NCBI GenBank assembly: GCA_026993265.1
Contig: JALWTY010000202.1
Location: 1-48,240 of the forward strand
Source: Desulfobacterales bacterium
Lineage (GTDB): Bacteria; Desulfobacterota; Desulfobulbia; Desulfobulbales; JAJRZW01
Length of the DNA: 48,240 nt
Direction of reading: 5' to 3'
In this document: positions 34,231 through 43,540 of the stretch, one piece after another
Layout: every line of letters begins with the position of its first letter
How positions within the stretch are numbered: the first letter of the stretch is position 1
Made by a program: the position numbers and the translations under genes
The notes under the pieces: model-generated
The model's database searches: none
Seen by the model: the letters and a program-made list of their open reading frames with translations, nothing else
What the model was told of the DNA's origin: nothing

Positions 34231-35138
34231 GATGCCTCGTCTCCCTTTTCGTCCACGCCGGGTTCATCAGCCCTGGGCGGCTCCAGGGCCCGGATGAAGC
34301 CGATGGCCTGGCGCCATGGCCTGGACGAGATCAGATAGAGCGTCGTGGCGTCGACGTCCGTGCCGGCCGGGCCCAGCCGCCAGGCCTGGGCCGAGACGGC
34401 GAGCCAGGTGCCCCGGATGTCGGTGCGCGGGTCGAGTTCGCGCGGGCCGTCCAGGCGGTTTCGCACCGTCACCGCCGTCAGCCACAGGGGGCCATGTGGT
34501 CCCTCCGCGCGCCAGGCGATGACGGGCCTGGCGACGCAGCAGCCCCCGCGGATCAAGGCCGCCGTCTCCGAGCCGCCGGTCAGCGGAACCCGCGCGATGC
34601 CGGGGGTGTTTGGCGACAGCCGCCGAGGCCCGTACAGGGTCTGGGCCGCATGGCGGACCAGCCGTTGATAACCAACGCCTTCCTTCCTGGCCCTGGTGTC
34701 CGATTCGCCCGTTCCCGTGGCCGGGAGGGTGGCCTCGGCGGTGGTCGCCGGCCGGCTGGGGGAACGTGGCAGGGCAATCTCGATCGGTGGCAACGGACCC
34801 TGATCGTCCGTGGCGCGCAAGTCGAGCATGAGGGTGTCTCCCTGGTTCGTGCGAACCAGCATTCGCGTGGATCGGAACGGCGCGGCCGCGGTGACGAAGA
34901 TCCGATCGCCGAGCGGCTGGACCCGCAGTCCCGGAACGGGCCCGCCAATCAGGCCCGCGCGCAGTCCGCTGGCCCCGGGCACCCGGATCACTCGTTCCTG
35001 GCCCCTGGCCAGGGAGATCTCTATGGGCTCGCCTCGCCAGGCCACGCGATCGGGCTCTCCGTCGGTCGTTCCGGCCGTGGTCGTTGCCGGGAACGACAGG
35101 ACCCAGCCGATGAGAATCAGGCGAATGATTCGTGTCAT
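34227..35138 (-). CDS. ICE transfer protein, secreted (TIGR03749-like, from memory)
   Basis: 303 aa from MTRIIRLILIGWVLSFPATTTAG (signal peptide). The upstream 196 codons of the track ORF were rejected (Arg/Gly/Pro-rich). Confidence 0.7.
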   Translation of the reverse strand: MTRIIRLILIGWVLSFPATTTAGTTDGEPDRVAWRGEPIEISLARGQERVIRVPGASGLRAGLIGGPVPGLRVQPLGDRIFVTAAAPFRSTRMLVRTNQGDTLMLDLRATDDQGPLPPIEIALPRSPSRPATTAEATLPATGTGESDTRARKEGVGYQRLVRHAAQTLYGPRRLSPNTPGIARVPLTGGSETAALIRGGCCVARPVIAWRAEGPHGPLWLTAVTVRNRLDGPRELDPRTDIRGTWLAVSAQAWRLGPAGTDVDATTLYLISSRPWRQAIGFIRALEPPRADEPGVDEKGDEAS

Positions 35139-35782
35139 TTGGGTTCTCCCTGTGGAAGTTCGGAGTCCGGGATGCGCACGGGGTCTTGCGAGAATCCATC
35201 CAGCGCCATGCCCCATGGATTCGCCTCCGGGTCCACCTCGTAGCGGACGACGCGCAGGGGGTAGCGGATGGGCGTCCGCTTGACCTCCAGGCCAGCCACG
35301 GTCTCCTCGATGATGGCGTCTATCCAGACGATCCAGACGCCATCGCTCACCACGTCCACGCGCCGGTCCTCGTAGACGACGCCGGGCACCGCGTGCAGCG
35401 CGCGCACCCGGCCGACCAGCTCGCCGCGTTTTCCGCGTTGCTTCAGTTGCCGCAGCAGCTCCGCCCGGAACCGCGGCGTCAGGTATGCCTGGAAGGAGTA
35501 GAGGTTCTTCGGGTAATCCTTTTCGCCGTTGTCGGGCCAGCGGTTCACTTGCTGCCAGATGTAGAACGCGAATGCGTAGACGTTGGGCTTCGGGATGTCC
35601 TGCAGGCCCAGCGTGACGCCCTCGGAGAGGTCCGGGGGCACGTGGACCGTGATGTCCTCGGGCGCGTTGCTCCAGCCATGCAGGGCCCAGGCCAGGAACA
35701 GCGACAAGAGGCCGATCACGGCCCACAGGCTCAGGACGTGGGCCCGGGCGTTGTCGATTTCGTGGCGGTATCGGGACAGCAT
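35135..35782 (-). CDS. ICE transfer protein, membrane-anchored (TIGR03746-like, from memory)
   Basis: 215 aa with one N-terminal TM segment (VLSLWAVIGLLSLFLAWAL). It has a 4-nt overlap with the downstream gene. Confidence 0.7.
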   Translation of the reverse strand: MLSRYRHEIDNARAHVLSLWAVIGLLSLFLAWALHGWSNAPEDITVHVPPDLSEGVTLGLQDIPKPNVYAFAFYIWQQVNRWPDNGEKDYPKNLYSFQAYLTPRFRAELLRQLKQRGKRGELVGRVRALHAVPGVVYEDRRVDVVSDGVWIVWIDAIIEETVAGLEVKRTPIRYPLRVVRYEVDPEANPWGMALDGFSQDPVRIPDSELPQGEPK

Positions 35783-36166
35783 CTATTTTTTCCTCCCCAT
35801 CGGAGCGGAGCGGCCAAGATCCCAGCTTCCCCCCCGGAGGATGAACTTGTTCCCTCCGAACATGCGTTGCATCAGGATGGCGAGTCGCACCTGGTAGTAA
35901 CCGATCGGGCGGCCTCGCTTGAGGCGGCGGAAGATGACGGAGCCGCCATAGACCCCGCCCAGGAACAGGAATCCGGTAAGTCCGAGGGCGATCTGGACCG
36001 CGCCGAACATGGCGCCGAGCAGGAGCGTCGCCGGCAGGCAGACCAGCCCCACGACGCCCGAGACGATGAGGATCTCGCTCGTCGATAGGCCCAGGATGGC
36101 GGGGGGCTCGCCGTCCACGCGGTCGGCGAGCACCCCCTGGGCCCGTAGTTCCCGGGTGTCCTCCAT
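35783..36166 (-). CDS. ICE transfer membrane protein (TIGR03750-like, from memory)
   Basis: 127 aa with two TM segments (ILIVSGVVGLVCLPATLLLGAMFGAVQIALGLTGFLFLGGVYGG). Confidence 0.7.
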   Translation of the reverse strand: MEDTRELRAQGVLADRVDGEPPAILGLSTSEILIVSGVVGLVCLPATLLLGAMFGAVQIALGLTGFLFLGGVYGGSVIFRRLKRGRPIGYYQVRLAILMQRMFGGNKFILRGGSWDLGRSAPMGRKK

Positions 36167-36525
36167 CAGATGATGCCGGAGGCCTGGGTGAGGGCGTAGG
36201 TGCCGAAGGCGATGCCCGCGGCGCTCGCCAGCCCGATCTTGGCGACGCCGGCGATCGTCTCCTTCCCCGTCATGATCTGGCTGATGGCCCAGATCATGCC
36301 GGCCGCGCCGAGCACGAAGAGCGTCACGCCGAGCGCCAGGATGCCGACCTCGGATGTGTCCTCGAACACGCCCTCCACCCAGGAGATCGCGTCGGACGTG
36401 CCCGGCGCGGTGGAAGGCGTGGGCGGCGTCGGCACGGCGGCCAGGACGGGGCCGGTCGCGAGGGCGCCCATCATTGCCCAGGCGGCCGTGATCTTGGTCT
36501 TCATGCGGTTCAGGGTCTTCTTCAT
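36166..36525 (-). CDS. ICE membrane protein, candidate pilin-like subunit (TIGR03745-like, from memory)
   Basis: 119 aa with a signal peptide followed by two hydrophobic helices, small and Ala/Gly-rich. Confidence 0.65.
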   Translation of the reverse strand: MKKTLNRMKTKITAAWAMMGALATGPVLAAVPTPPTPSTAPGTSDAISWVEGVFEDTSEVGILALGVTLFVLGAAGMIWAISQIMTGKETIAGVAKIGLASAAGIAFGTYALTQASGII

Positions 36526-36587
36526 CGTGTTTCCTCCTTGCTGTCAGCTTTCAGGGTTGTCCGCGGTTGTCCGGCCGCGGGCCGGTC

Positions 36588-36818
36588 TCACTGCACCAGG
36601 TACAGCGCGATCCATATCAACGCCGAGGCGCGAAGCGAGACGAACAGAAGATCCAGTTCGATCGCCTCGTTCCGTCGCAGGGAACCGAGCACCTGGACCA
36701 CGAGCCACGCGGCCCAGATGAAGAGCAGCACCACCAGGATCGAGGAAACGATGTCCCCGACGCCGGTGGCGGTGTGCCCGGTGGCGCCCTGGAACGCCGT
36801 GTTCTGCGCCGGCGTCAC
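36588..36818 (-). CDS. Small ICE membrane protein, GTG start (TIGR03758-like, from memory)
   Basis: 76 aa (M)TPAQNTAFQGATGHTATGVGDIVSSILVVLLFIWAAWLVV.... The GTG at 36818 overlaps the RAQPRD-gene stop (GTGA). It is hidden inside the 167-aa track ORF. Confidence 0.55.
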   Translation of the reverse strand: MTPAQNTAFQGATGHTATGVGDIVSSILVVLLFIWAAWLVVQVLGSLRRNEAIELDLLFVSLRASALIWIALYLVQ

Positions 36819-37111
36819 CGGCGGTAGTCCCCGCGGAGCGGAGCGACCCTGCGCGGTTCCGCGCGAGGCGCCTCGACGTGGTCCAGGATGCCCCTGCGTA
36901 TCCGCGCGAGGTCCTGGCGCAGCCAGTCGTACCGGAACCGGATCCGGGCGGCCGGATCGGCGTGGGTCTCGGCCTCCGCGATCAGCGGCTCGAGTTGCTC
37001 GATCTCGTGCGCGAGGCGGGCCAGCGCCTCGCGTTCGTTTTCGCTCGCCATGGCGGCGGGCGGGGCCACCATGGCGATCAGCAGCAGGCATGTGGTGATT
37101 CGTTTCATCAT
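36815..37111 (-). CDS. RAQPRD-family ICE protein
   Basis: 98 aa with a signal peptide (MMKRITTCLLLIAMVAPPAAMA), then ...EREALARLAHEIEQLEPLI..., and the family motif present as RAEPRR near the C-terminus. Confidence 0.7.
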   Translation of the reverse strand: MMKRITTCLLLIAMVAPPAAMASENEREALARLAHEIEQLEPLIAEAETHADPAARIRFRYDWLRQDLARIRRGILDHVEAPRAEPRRVAPLRGDYRR

Positions 37112-37121
37112 GGACAGCTCC

Positions 37122-37862
37122 TCACAGGTATTTCTTGAAGCTCGCCACCGTCACCGCGATCACCAGGCCGGTTGCGGCCGCGAACGGGATGACGACCAGG
37201 CTCGGATGGACGGAGACGGGCATTGACAGGTAGATGACCCAGGCGGCGATGAACGCGGGCCAGATCAGCCTGCGGGCGTGGTGATACACGAAGCTGGATT
37301 CCCGGCCACCGCCCCAGCGGCGGAGGTCGCGTTGAACGGCGCCGTCCAGAAGGCCCATGAACGCGGCCAGCAGGAAGGCGGGCATGGAAAGGGAGAGCAC
37401 CGCGATCCGCACGAAGAAGAGTTGCGTGATGTGACTGGCGGCCACCACGTATTCGCCGACGGCCCGCCACAGGCGATGGGCCCAACGCCGGAAGGTGCCG
37501 GCGTCCGGCGCCGGGGGGCGGGCGGCGGAATCGGCAAGGGCCTCGAGCCCCGTTCGCCGCCAAAGCCATTCATATCCGGCGTCGGCGAAGGTCCGGGCAT
37601 ACGCCTGGGTGTCCTCGACCACCAGGCTGGTCCGCACGCCGGACGCCAGGTAGCCGATTTCCGCCTCCAGCATGTCCCGGGCGTGTCGGGCGCCCTGCTC
37701 GGGCCACCACCAGGTCATGCCCACCCACTCGACGAGGATGGAGACGACGAGGGATCCAACGATCCAGAGCAACAGCCTGAACAGGCTGCCGGCCAGCCCG
37801 CGCTTCTCGGAGCGGGTGGCGGGGGCCGACGCCTGGCGAACCGCGGCTTGCTGCACGCTCAT
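37122..37862 (-). CDS. ICE inner-membrane protein (PFL_4697-like)
   Basis: 246 aa from MSVQQAAVRQ... with four hydrophobic segments. The ATG overlaps the traD stop (ATGA). The upstream 546 codons of the track ORF are the wrong frame of traD. Confidence 0.7.
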   Translation of the reverse strand: MSVQQAAVRQASAPATRSEKRGLAGSLFRLLLWIVGSLVVSILVEWVGMTWWWPEQGARHARDMLEAEIGYLASGVRTSLVVEDTQAYARTFADAGYEWLWRRTGLEALADSAARPPAPDAGTFRRWAHRLWRAVGEYVVAASHITQLFFVRIAVLSLSMPAFLLAAFMGLLDGAVQRDLRRWGGGRESSFVYHHARRLIWPAFIAAWVIYLSMPVSVHPSLVVIPFAAATGLVIAVTVASFKKYL

Positions 37863-39958
37863 CGTCCGCCTCCCTGGGCGACCAGGGCGTCGCCCTCCGT
37901 GTCCTGGTACCAGTCCTCGCCCGTGCGGTAGGAGCGGCGCATGGATTCGGCAAGCGCCGCCACGTCCTCGGGCATGTCGGGATCGCCGGAGGCATCCGGC
38001 AGGGGCATTCGCAGTTTCCACAGCCGTCCACCCTCGACGAGCGCGAAGGCCTGGCCCTTCGGGAGGGACATCAGCTCGTTCTGGGTGAGCAGGGGCGCCT
38101 TGGTGACCGAAATGCGGTCCTCGTTTCTCGAGGTGAAGTCGACTCCCGAGCCCGGGGTGGATGAATCCGTGGCCCCCGAGACCTGCATCAGGGTCTGGAT
38201 CTCGATTTCGGGGAGCTGATTGGTCAGCATCTCGGCGGTGGCCAGCTCCTTCACGCGAAACATGACCAGGGTGTTGAAGTTGCCGGCCACCTGCCCGGCC
38301 TTGGCCCGTGACCCGACCCGGGCCTCGACGTCGGACCAGGTTTGCGTGTAGGCCGTGACCTGGAATCCCGCGCCGCCCGCCTTGTTCACCAGCGGGATGA
38401 ACTCGTCCCCGATCAGTTCGTTGAACTCGTCCGCGTGCAGGCACACGCGGAAGGGGCCGTCGTCCTCGCCGACGTCCGGCAGGCCGGCGGCTATTCCATG
38501 CTTGTAGATGTGGCCGGCGACGGAGACCAGGTCGGCGAACATGCTGTTGCCGACGGCGGCGGCCACGGTGGCATCCGAAAGGGCGTCGAGACCCACATAG
38601 ATGACCGATCGGGTGCGAATGACCGAACGCCAATCGATGATGGGGCGCGGGTCCGTGGTGTCCAGGTAATCCGGGGAGATCAGTTCGGCGATCTTGCCGG
38701 TCGTCAGTTTCTCCATCAGCGGACCGACGGAGCTGACGATCTTGTCGTAATAGGTGCGGTCGTACTTGAAGGCGCCGGCGAGACCCTCCAGAACGGGGTC
38801 GTAGGCGTTGGACTCCTGGATGAAGTTGAACAGCGCGATGGCCTCCCGCCCGCGGCCCTTGAATGCATGAGGCAGGTTGCGTTCGTTGATGCCGTCCATG
38901 ATGGCCGCCACGCGGGCGGCCCAGTCGCCGGTGATGTCGCCTTGTTCCGCGAGCCGCCCGAGCGCCTGTCGCGCGTATTCGACGAACAGCGGCTCGATGT
39001 CGTTGATGTGGCGTCGGATCTGGTGATAGTCGGGCCGGCGACCGAGATCGACCAGGGCGCGCGCGATGATGTTGACGAAGCGCCAGGCGAACTCCTTGAA
39101 GGCGGCAGAGTTTCCCTCGCTGGGCAATTGGTTGGCGATGCGGGTGGCGACCTCGGTGACGCGCTCGAAGTTGCCCACCGCGTTGTAGCGCGCGGAGATG
39201 TCCGGGTACCCGAGATGGAAGATGTAGCAGGGCCTGTCGGCCCGCCTGGCCTCGGTCCAGACGCGCCGCATGAGATCGGCGTCGCCCTTGGGATCGAAGA
39301 CTATGACGACATCGCCGCGCCGAATGTCCTGTGTGATGAGGATTTCGGCGAAGCGCGTCTTGCCGACTCGGGTCGTGCCAAGGACCAGCGTGTGACCGTT
39401 TCGTTCCTCCAGGGGGATCCAGACGTCCTGTTCCTCGATGGCGACCCCGTGGATCTGGGAGAGCCCGCCCACCGGCGGGGGCGGCCGGAGCGGATTCCAC
39501 CAGGCGTCGAGGCGGGTGAGGCGGGCGATCCAGCGCGTGGCGGCGTGCCGCTCCCAGGCGGGTTCGTGCTTCCGGACCCAGGTTTCGAGCGGGGACGGCG
39601 CCAGGTACTTTCTCGCGGCGGGCCGGAGCGTGTCCTTCAGTCGCTGGGCATGGAGCTGGGTCCAGCGGAACCCGCGTCCGAGGAACAATCGGCTGGGGTT
39701 CCAGGGGATTTTCGGCGAGGGCAGCCGGTAGCGCGGCAGGAAGCGCAGGCGCCGCTGATACCGGACGACGTGAATGCCCTGCCTTGCGCGGGTCCAGGCA
39801 AGCAGGCCAAAGAGCCCCGCCGACACCCAGGCCACCTCTGGTGTCATGAACAGGGCCCAGGGCGCCACGGTGCAGATGGCGGCGCAGGCGCCAGCCACGC
39901 TGGCGGACCAGAGTTCCACGGGCGGACGCAGGAGCGCTTCCACGGGATGTCCCTTCAT
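37859..39958 (-). CDS. traD: Type IV coupling protein TraD (PFGI-1/ICEclc class)
   Basis: 699 aa from MKGHPVEALLRPPVELW... with two N-terminal TM segments, Walker A LVLGTTRVGKT, and a Walker B-like VCLHADEFNE. Confidence 0.9.
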   Translation of the reverse strand: MKGHPVEALLRPPVELWSASVAGACAAICTVAPWALFMTPEVAWVSAGLFGLLAWTRARQGIHVVRYQRRLRFLPRYRLPSPKIPWNPSRLFLGRGFRWTQLHAQRLKDTLRPAARKYLAPSPLETWVRKHEPAWERHAATRWIARLTRLDAWWNPLRPPPPVGGLSQIHGVAIEEQDVWIPLEERNGHTLVLGTTRVGKTRFAEILITQDIRRGDVVIVFDPKGDADLMRRVWTEARRADRPCYIFHLGYPDISARYNAVGNFERVTEVATRIANQLPSEGNSAAFKEFAWRFVNIIARALVDLGRRPDYHQIRRHINDIEPLFVEYARQALGRLAEQGDITGDWAARVAAIMDGINERNLPHAFKGRGREAIALFNFIQESNAYDPVLEGLAGAFKYDRTYYDKIVSSVGPLMEKLTTGKIAELISPDYLDTTDPRPIIDWRSVIRTRSVIYVGLDALSDATVAAAVGNSMFADLVSVAGHIYKHGIAAGLPDVGEDDGPFRVCLHADEFNELIGDEFIPLVNKAGGAGFQVTAYTQTWSDVEARVGSRAKAGQVAGNFNTLVMFRVKELATAEMLTNQLPEIEIQTLMQVSGATDSSTPGSGVDFTSRNEDRISVTKAPLLTQNELMSLPKGQAFALVEGGRLWKLRMPLPDASGDPDMPEDVAALAESMRRSYRTGEDWYQDTEGDALVAQGGGR

Positions 39959-40470
39959 GGAGAGATCACCTCCGGTCCGATCAATACCGGGTAATGACCG
40001 ATGCCGAGCAGCCGGGCGACCTCGTCTCCCGCGATCGGGGCGACGGGGATGGGTGCCGCGACCCGCAGTATGCGGTGCCAGGCGCGTTCGTCGGCCACGG
40101 AGACCGCCATGCAGCTCGCGCCCAGTTTCACGAGCCGCCCGTGGTTGGCTTCCAGCCAGGCCAGGGATCGCGGATCGTCGCCAATCAGGCACACCGGGGG
40201 GAGGGGGCGCTCCAGCCGGAGGATCGGTTGCTCGCCCGGAGTGAGTTTCCGACTGACGACGGGAAAGACGGAGGGCGGCAGGTTGCCGAGGGGGACGTCC
40301 CGCAGATCGGCGGGTGGCTCCGCGGCCATGCCGGACTCCTTGGCCAGGGGCATCAGCGGGCGAGTCCCGCCCGCGTCATGGATGACGATTGGGCCGTCCG
40401 GCGCCCGCATCGGTCCGGCGTCCACGGTCATGGCGATCATCGTCAGCACGCAGGCGAGGGATCGTTTCAT
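39955..40470 (-). CDS. ICE protein, secreted (PFL_4695-like)
   Basis: 171 aa from MKRSLACVLTMIAMTVDA (signal peptide), with 4-nt overlaps on both sides. Confidence 0.65.
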   Translation of the reverse strand: MKRSLACVLTMIAMTVDAGPMRAPDGPIVIHDAGGTRPLMPLAKESGMAAEPPADLRDVPLGNLPPSVFPVVSRKLTPGEQPILRLERPLPPVCLIGDDPRSLAWLEANHGRLVKLGASCMAVSVADERAWHRILRVAAPIPVAPIAGDEVARLLGIGHYPVLIGPEVISP

Positions 40471-41006
40471 CGTTCGATCCTCCCGTACCAGCGCGCGACC
40501 CTGGCGCGGTACCTGGCGCCGCGCCCGGGATCCCGGGAGTGGTAGCGCTCGACGGCCCGCCACCAGTCGCCCGTGGCCTCGTACTCGGACGCGAGAACCG
40601 ACGAGCCGGCCCGCAGGTTGTACCAGGGATCGAGCGCGATCGCGGGGGACGAAAGCAGGTTTCCGTGCCACTTCCAGTTGACCTGCATGAGGCCGACGTC
40701 GGGCCGCTCGCCGCTCGCGAGCAGCCGGGCCAGGGCCGAGGTGGCCGCCTCCCGTGACTCGAAACGCAGGCCCCGCCCACGCACGTTCAACGTCCAGGGC
40801 CAGGGCGCGACGCCTTGACGGAGTTGCCGGCCGGATTCCGTGAGGGCGATGGCGTAGAGCAGGTTTGGCGGGATTCCGTATTCGGCGCCGACCGTCCGAA
40901 ATGCCGCCGGTACCGGCAGTGGCTGCGTCGCTTCGGCCACGACGGAGGCCACGAGCAGGGCCAGGCTCGCCGGACAACGGAGCCGGATCAGCGATGCCGC
41001 GTTCAT
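40467..41006 (-). CDS. Lytic transglycosylase (SLT domain)
   Basis: 179 aa with a signal peptide. LLYAIALTESG (catalytic Glu context) ...GLMQVNW...YN are the SLT hallmarks. Confidence 0.85.
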   Translation of the reverse strand: MNAASLIRLRCPASLALLVASVVAEATQPLPVPAAFRTVGAEYGIPPNLLYAIALTESGRQLRQGVAPWPWTLNVRGRGLRFESREAATSALARLLASGERPDVGLMQVNWKWHGNLLSSPAIALDPWYNLRAGSSVLASEYEATGDWWRAVERYHSRDPGRGARYRARVARWYGRIER

Positions 41007-41770
41007 TTCCTGGCCTCCATGGTGGCCGACAGCGCGGGCACGGGTTCGAAGTCATCGCCGTCGCGGGCAAAGATGGCGGGGACGGTGCGTCCACCCAGGC
41101 GGGCGAAGAGCGCCTTGCCGCGATTGAGCGTGATGCGCTTGGCCTTCACCTGCTCGGGGGGGATGCGGTGCCGGCGGGCCCAGGCCCGGATGTCCTCGTC
41201 CTTGTCGGTGTCCACCACGTAGAAGTCCATCCCCTCGATGCGTTCGTCCTGGGCGATCGTCAGAAGACGGGGCATTCCACGCTCGCAGGCGGCGCACGCC
41301 GTCGAGACGAAGGCGGCGAGCCGCTTGCCGGCCAGGTCGTCGAGGGACCAGGGCCTCTGATCGGGTGGCAACTTGGCGGTGTCGATGATGGGCACGTCGC
41401 CATAGAGCCGCTTCCAGGCGGCCTGGACCTCCCGCTCGAAGGCCATGACACGTTCCGTGTCCTCGTAAAGCAACTTGACGAGGCGTTCGGCGTACCGTCG
41501 GCGCTCGGCGGCCGAACGGGCATGGATACCGAGAACCTCCAGCGGCGAGATGTTGGGTTTCGAGAACGAGCCCCGAATGCCCCGCATCAACCGCGCGTAC
41601 CGAGCCGCCTCCTCGTCGTCCAGTTGCCAGGCCTGGACATCCACCTGGTCGGCGAAAAAGGTGGAACGGCGGCTTTCGGTCGTGGAGGAGGAGGCGACCT
41701 CCACGGCCACCGCCGATCCGAAGGGCACCGCCAGTGCGAAAAGGAGGAGTAGGAAGGCGGGGCGTCTCAT
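41003..41770 (-). CDS. ICE thioredoxin-fold protein (PFL_4693-like) with a CxxC motif
   Basis: 255 aa from MRRPAFLLLLFALAVPFGSAVA. The CAAC motif occurs in FVSTACAACERG. Confidence 0.7.
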   Translation of the reverse strand: MRRPAFLLLLFALAVPFGSAVAVEVASSSTTESRRSTFFADQVDVQAWQLDDEEAARYARLMRGIRGSFSKPNISPLEVLGIHARSAAERRRYAERLVKLLYEDTERVMAFEREVQAAWKRLYGDVPIIDTAKLPPDQRPWSLDDLAGKRLAAFVSTACAACERGMPRLLTIAQDERIEGMDFYVVDTDKDEDIRAWARRHRIPPEQVKAKRITLNRGKALFARLGGRTVPAIFARDGDDFEPVPALSATMEARK

Positions 41771-41997
41771 GGGCGGCAACTCTCGCCGTTGGGGCCGATG
41801 TAGCGGCGTTCCCGCCAGTCTCGCGTCAAGTCCCGGACCACGGGGTCGCCGGCGGGCGGACAGGGTCGCGCGGATTCCGGCTCGGCGGGCGGAGGGGAGG
41901 TCGCCTCGCGTTCGCCCAGCTGGGCGCGCGGTCCCTGGGTGGTGGCGCATCCGGCCGCCAGCGATGCCAAGAGAAGCAAGGGCAGGAACGTCTTCAT
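41767..41997 (-). CDS. Small lipoprotein
   Basis: 76 aa: MKTFLPLLLLASLAAGCAT (lipobox), with 4-nt overlaps on both sides. Confidence 0.6.
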   Translation of the reverse strand: MKTFLPLLLLASLAAGCATTQGPRAQLGEREATSPPPAEPESARPCPPAGDPVVRDLTRDWRERRYIGPNGESCRP

Positions 41998-42839
41998 CCG
42001 GACACCTCCCTGAAGGCGGCCAGTTCATATCGCAGGTCGCAGGAGACCAGGCGATGCACCGGGTCGATCACGAGGCGGAAGGCCTCGCCGCACAGGACGG
42101 ACAGCGCCTGGTCGACGCGCATCGGTCCCATCTCGCGTTGGGGGCGTGGCAGCGGCAGGCGAAACAGTGCCAAGGCGGCCGGGTCGGTGGCTGGGGCATC
42201 GGCACGGCGCCAGCCGGTGCCGCGCAACACGGCGTCGAAGGCCTCGCCGACCGTGCCCGCCCGCAGCCGGATCCGGCGCACCGCGCGAAGTGGTGCCCGT
42301 TCGGCGGCGGTGGGCCCCGGGACGAGGACCGAGTATCGGCTCACGCGGAGGTCGTTCACCAGGCGTTCCCCGGTGTCCCTGGATTGCCGCGCGTTCAGTC
42401 GCACCTCCGCGCGACGGTTCAGCGCGCGACCCTGGGGCGTTTCGTTGCTGGCGACGTAATCGCTCTTGCCCTTGCCGGCGACCTCGATGGCCGAGGCGGA
42501 AAGGCCGGCGCTGGCGAGCACCTGCCGCACGGCCTCGGCACGCCGCAGGGCAAGGGCGTCGTTGTACGCTTGTGGTCCGATGTCGTCGGTGTGCCCGGTC
42601 ACGAGCAGGGGGGTGTCTGTTCCGGAACTATCCGCGATGCGATCGGCCAGCCGCGACAGTCCACGCTGGTCCTCTCCACGCACGGTGTCCTCGGCGAATC
42701 CGAAGTGCACGGTATAGAGGGGTTTCATCTGGGCCGTTTCCGGTGGGTTCTGGACGTCCGCTCCCGCCGCGTGGGCGGCCGGGGCGAGGCTCGACAACCA
42801 CCAGGTCATCCCGGCGATAAGGGCGGTGGTGATGCGCAT
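41994..42839 (-). CDS. pilL: OmpA-domain / PilL-like first gene of the transfer operon
   Basis: 281 aa from MRITTALIAGMTWWLSSLAPAAHA. The OmpA_C signature is LLVTGHTDDIGPQAYNDALALRRAEAVRQVL...NRRAEV. The C-terminal ~120 aa are PilL-like. The RBS is AAAGGA. Confidence 0.8.
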   Translation of the reverse strand: MRITTALIAGMTWWLSSLAPAAHAAGADVQNPPETAQMKPLYTVHFGFAEDTVRGEDQRGLSRLADRIADSSGTDTPLLVTGHTDDIGPQAYNDALALRRAEAVRQVLASAGLSASAIEVAGKGKSDYVASNETPQGRALNRRAEVRLNARQSRDTGERLVNDLRVSRYSVLVPGPTAAERAPLRAVRRIRLRAGTVGEAFDAVLRGTGWRRADAPATDPAALALFRLPLPRPQREMGPMRVDQALSVLCGEAFRLVIDPVHRLVSCDLRYELAAFREVSG

Positions 42840-42906
42840 GTCCTTTTCTCGCTGTCGGTGATCTGAAACGGCGGCAAGTGTTGCGGGAGAAACGGGAGAC
42901 GTAAAT

Positions 42907-42940
42907 GGAAAACTCCGCCCAGTTGCGGGCGGAGTTTTCC
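42907..42940 (-). promoter_or_regulatory. Perfect 14-bp hairpin GGAAAACTCCGCCC-(6 nt)-GGGCGGAGTTTTCC, 68 nt upstream of pilL
   Basis: Read directly from the sequence. On the minus strand it is followed by ATTTAC, so it could be a terminator/attenuator or a protein-binding inverted repeat. Confidence 0.5.
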
Positions 42941-43270
42941 CTTGACAAGTGGAATGGCCGTGTTCCGGCCGAGGGGTGGTGGACGGGGGGCGACGGACAA
43001 GGTGGGTGAAAGCGCGCCGCGCCGTGGTGGAGAAGAAGCCCCTGGCTGCCTTGCGCAGTCCTCCCGTGCGACTGCTTGCGACGGCCCGACCCGATCGACG
43101 GGGGCCAGCGGGTCCGACTTTCCGGGCGCGGATGACTCCGCACAAAGGGGCACCGCCTATTTGTGTCCGGCGACGGGCGGCCGGTGTCGTACAGGAAACG
43201 AAGGCCCGGGGCCTTCCCGCCGCGGCCAGAAGCCGCGCCGGGAAACCCCCGGGTTGGTTTCGTGGATCCC

Positions 43271-43303
43271 AAAATGAAAAAAGCGCCGGTTACCAGCCGG
43301 CGC
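43271..43303 (-). terminator. Rho-independent terminator of the small-gene array
   Basis: On the minus strand: GCGCCGG-CTGGTAA-CCGGCGC followed by TTTTTTCATTTT. Confidence 0.7.
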
Positions 43304-43473
43304 CATGTGGAGCGGGCCCCCGGCCGATTGTGGTGTGCTGACGTACCCTAGGAGGGCGTGGCCGAGGGCGCGAGGTCCCCTGACCCCGAGGGGTCCGGCG
43401 CCGTCGCAGGGAACCCGGCGCCTTGCCGTGGTACCGCCACGGCGCGGGGTAGATGAGGCCCACTTTAGCCCAA

Positions 43474-43526
43474 GCGCGGGGCCTTTCCAAGGTGCCTGGG
43501 GGAAGCAGCTTGGAAAGGCCCCGCGC
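43474..43526 (-). other. Perfect 18-bp stem hairpin directly after the stop of the 43541 gene
   Basis: GCGCGGGGCCTTTCCAAG-(17 nt)-CTTGGAAAGGCCCCGCGC with no U-tract. It is a candidate mRNA 3'-end stabiliser or protein-binding inverted repeat. Confidence 0.6.
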
Positions 43527-43540
43527 AGGCGGGGCAAGGT

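Noticed and set aside
37863-39500. N-terminal 546 codons of the 792-aa minus-strand ORF (37122..39500)
   Set aside because: This is the wrong frame of traD. The real gene starts at the ATG at 37862, which overlaps the traD stop.
38342-39994. 550-aa plus-strand ORF
   Set aside because: It is antisense to traD (Walker A and B are on the minus strand), the same artefact class.
42949-43537. ORFs of 110-130 aa on both strands in the 700-bp spacer
   Set aside because: All are Arg/Pro/Gly-rich with no RBS, and they cross strong hairpins and a terminator. The region was treated as non-coding.
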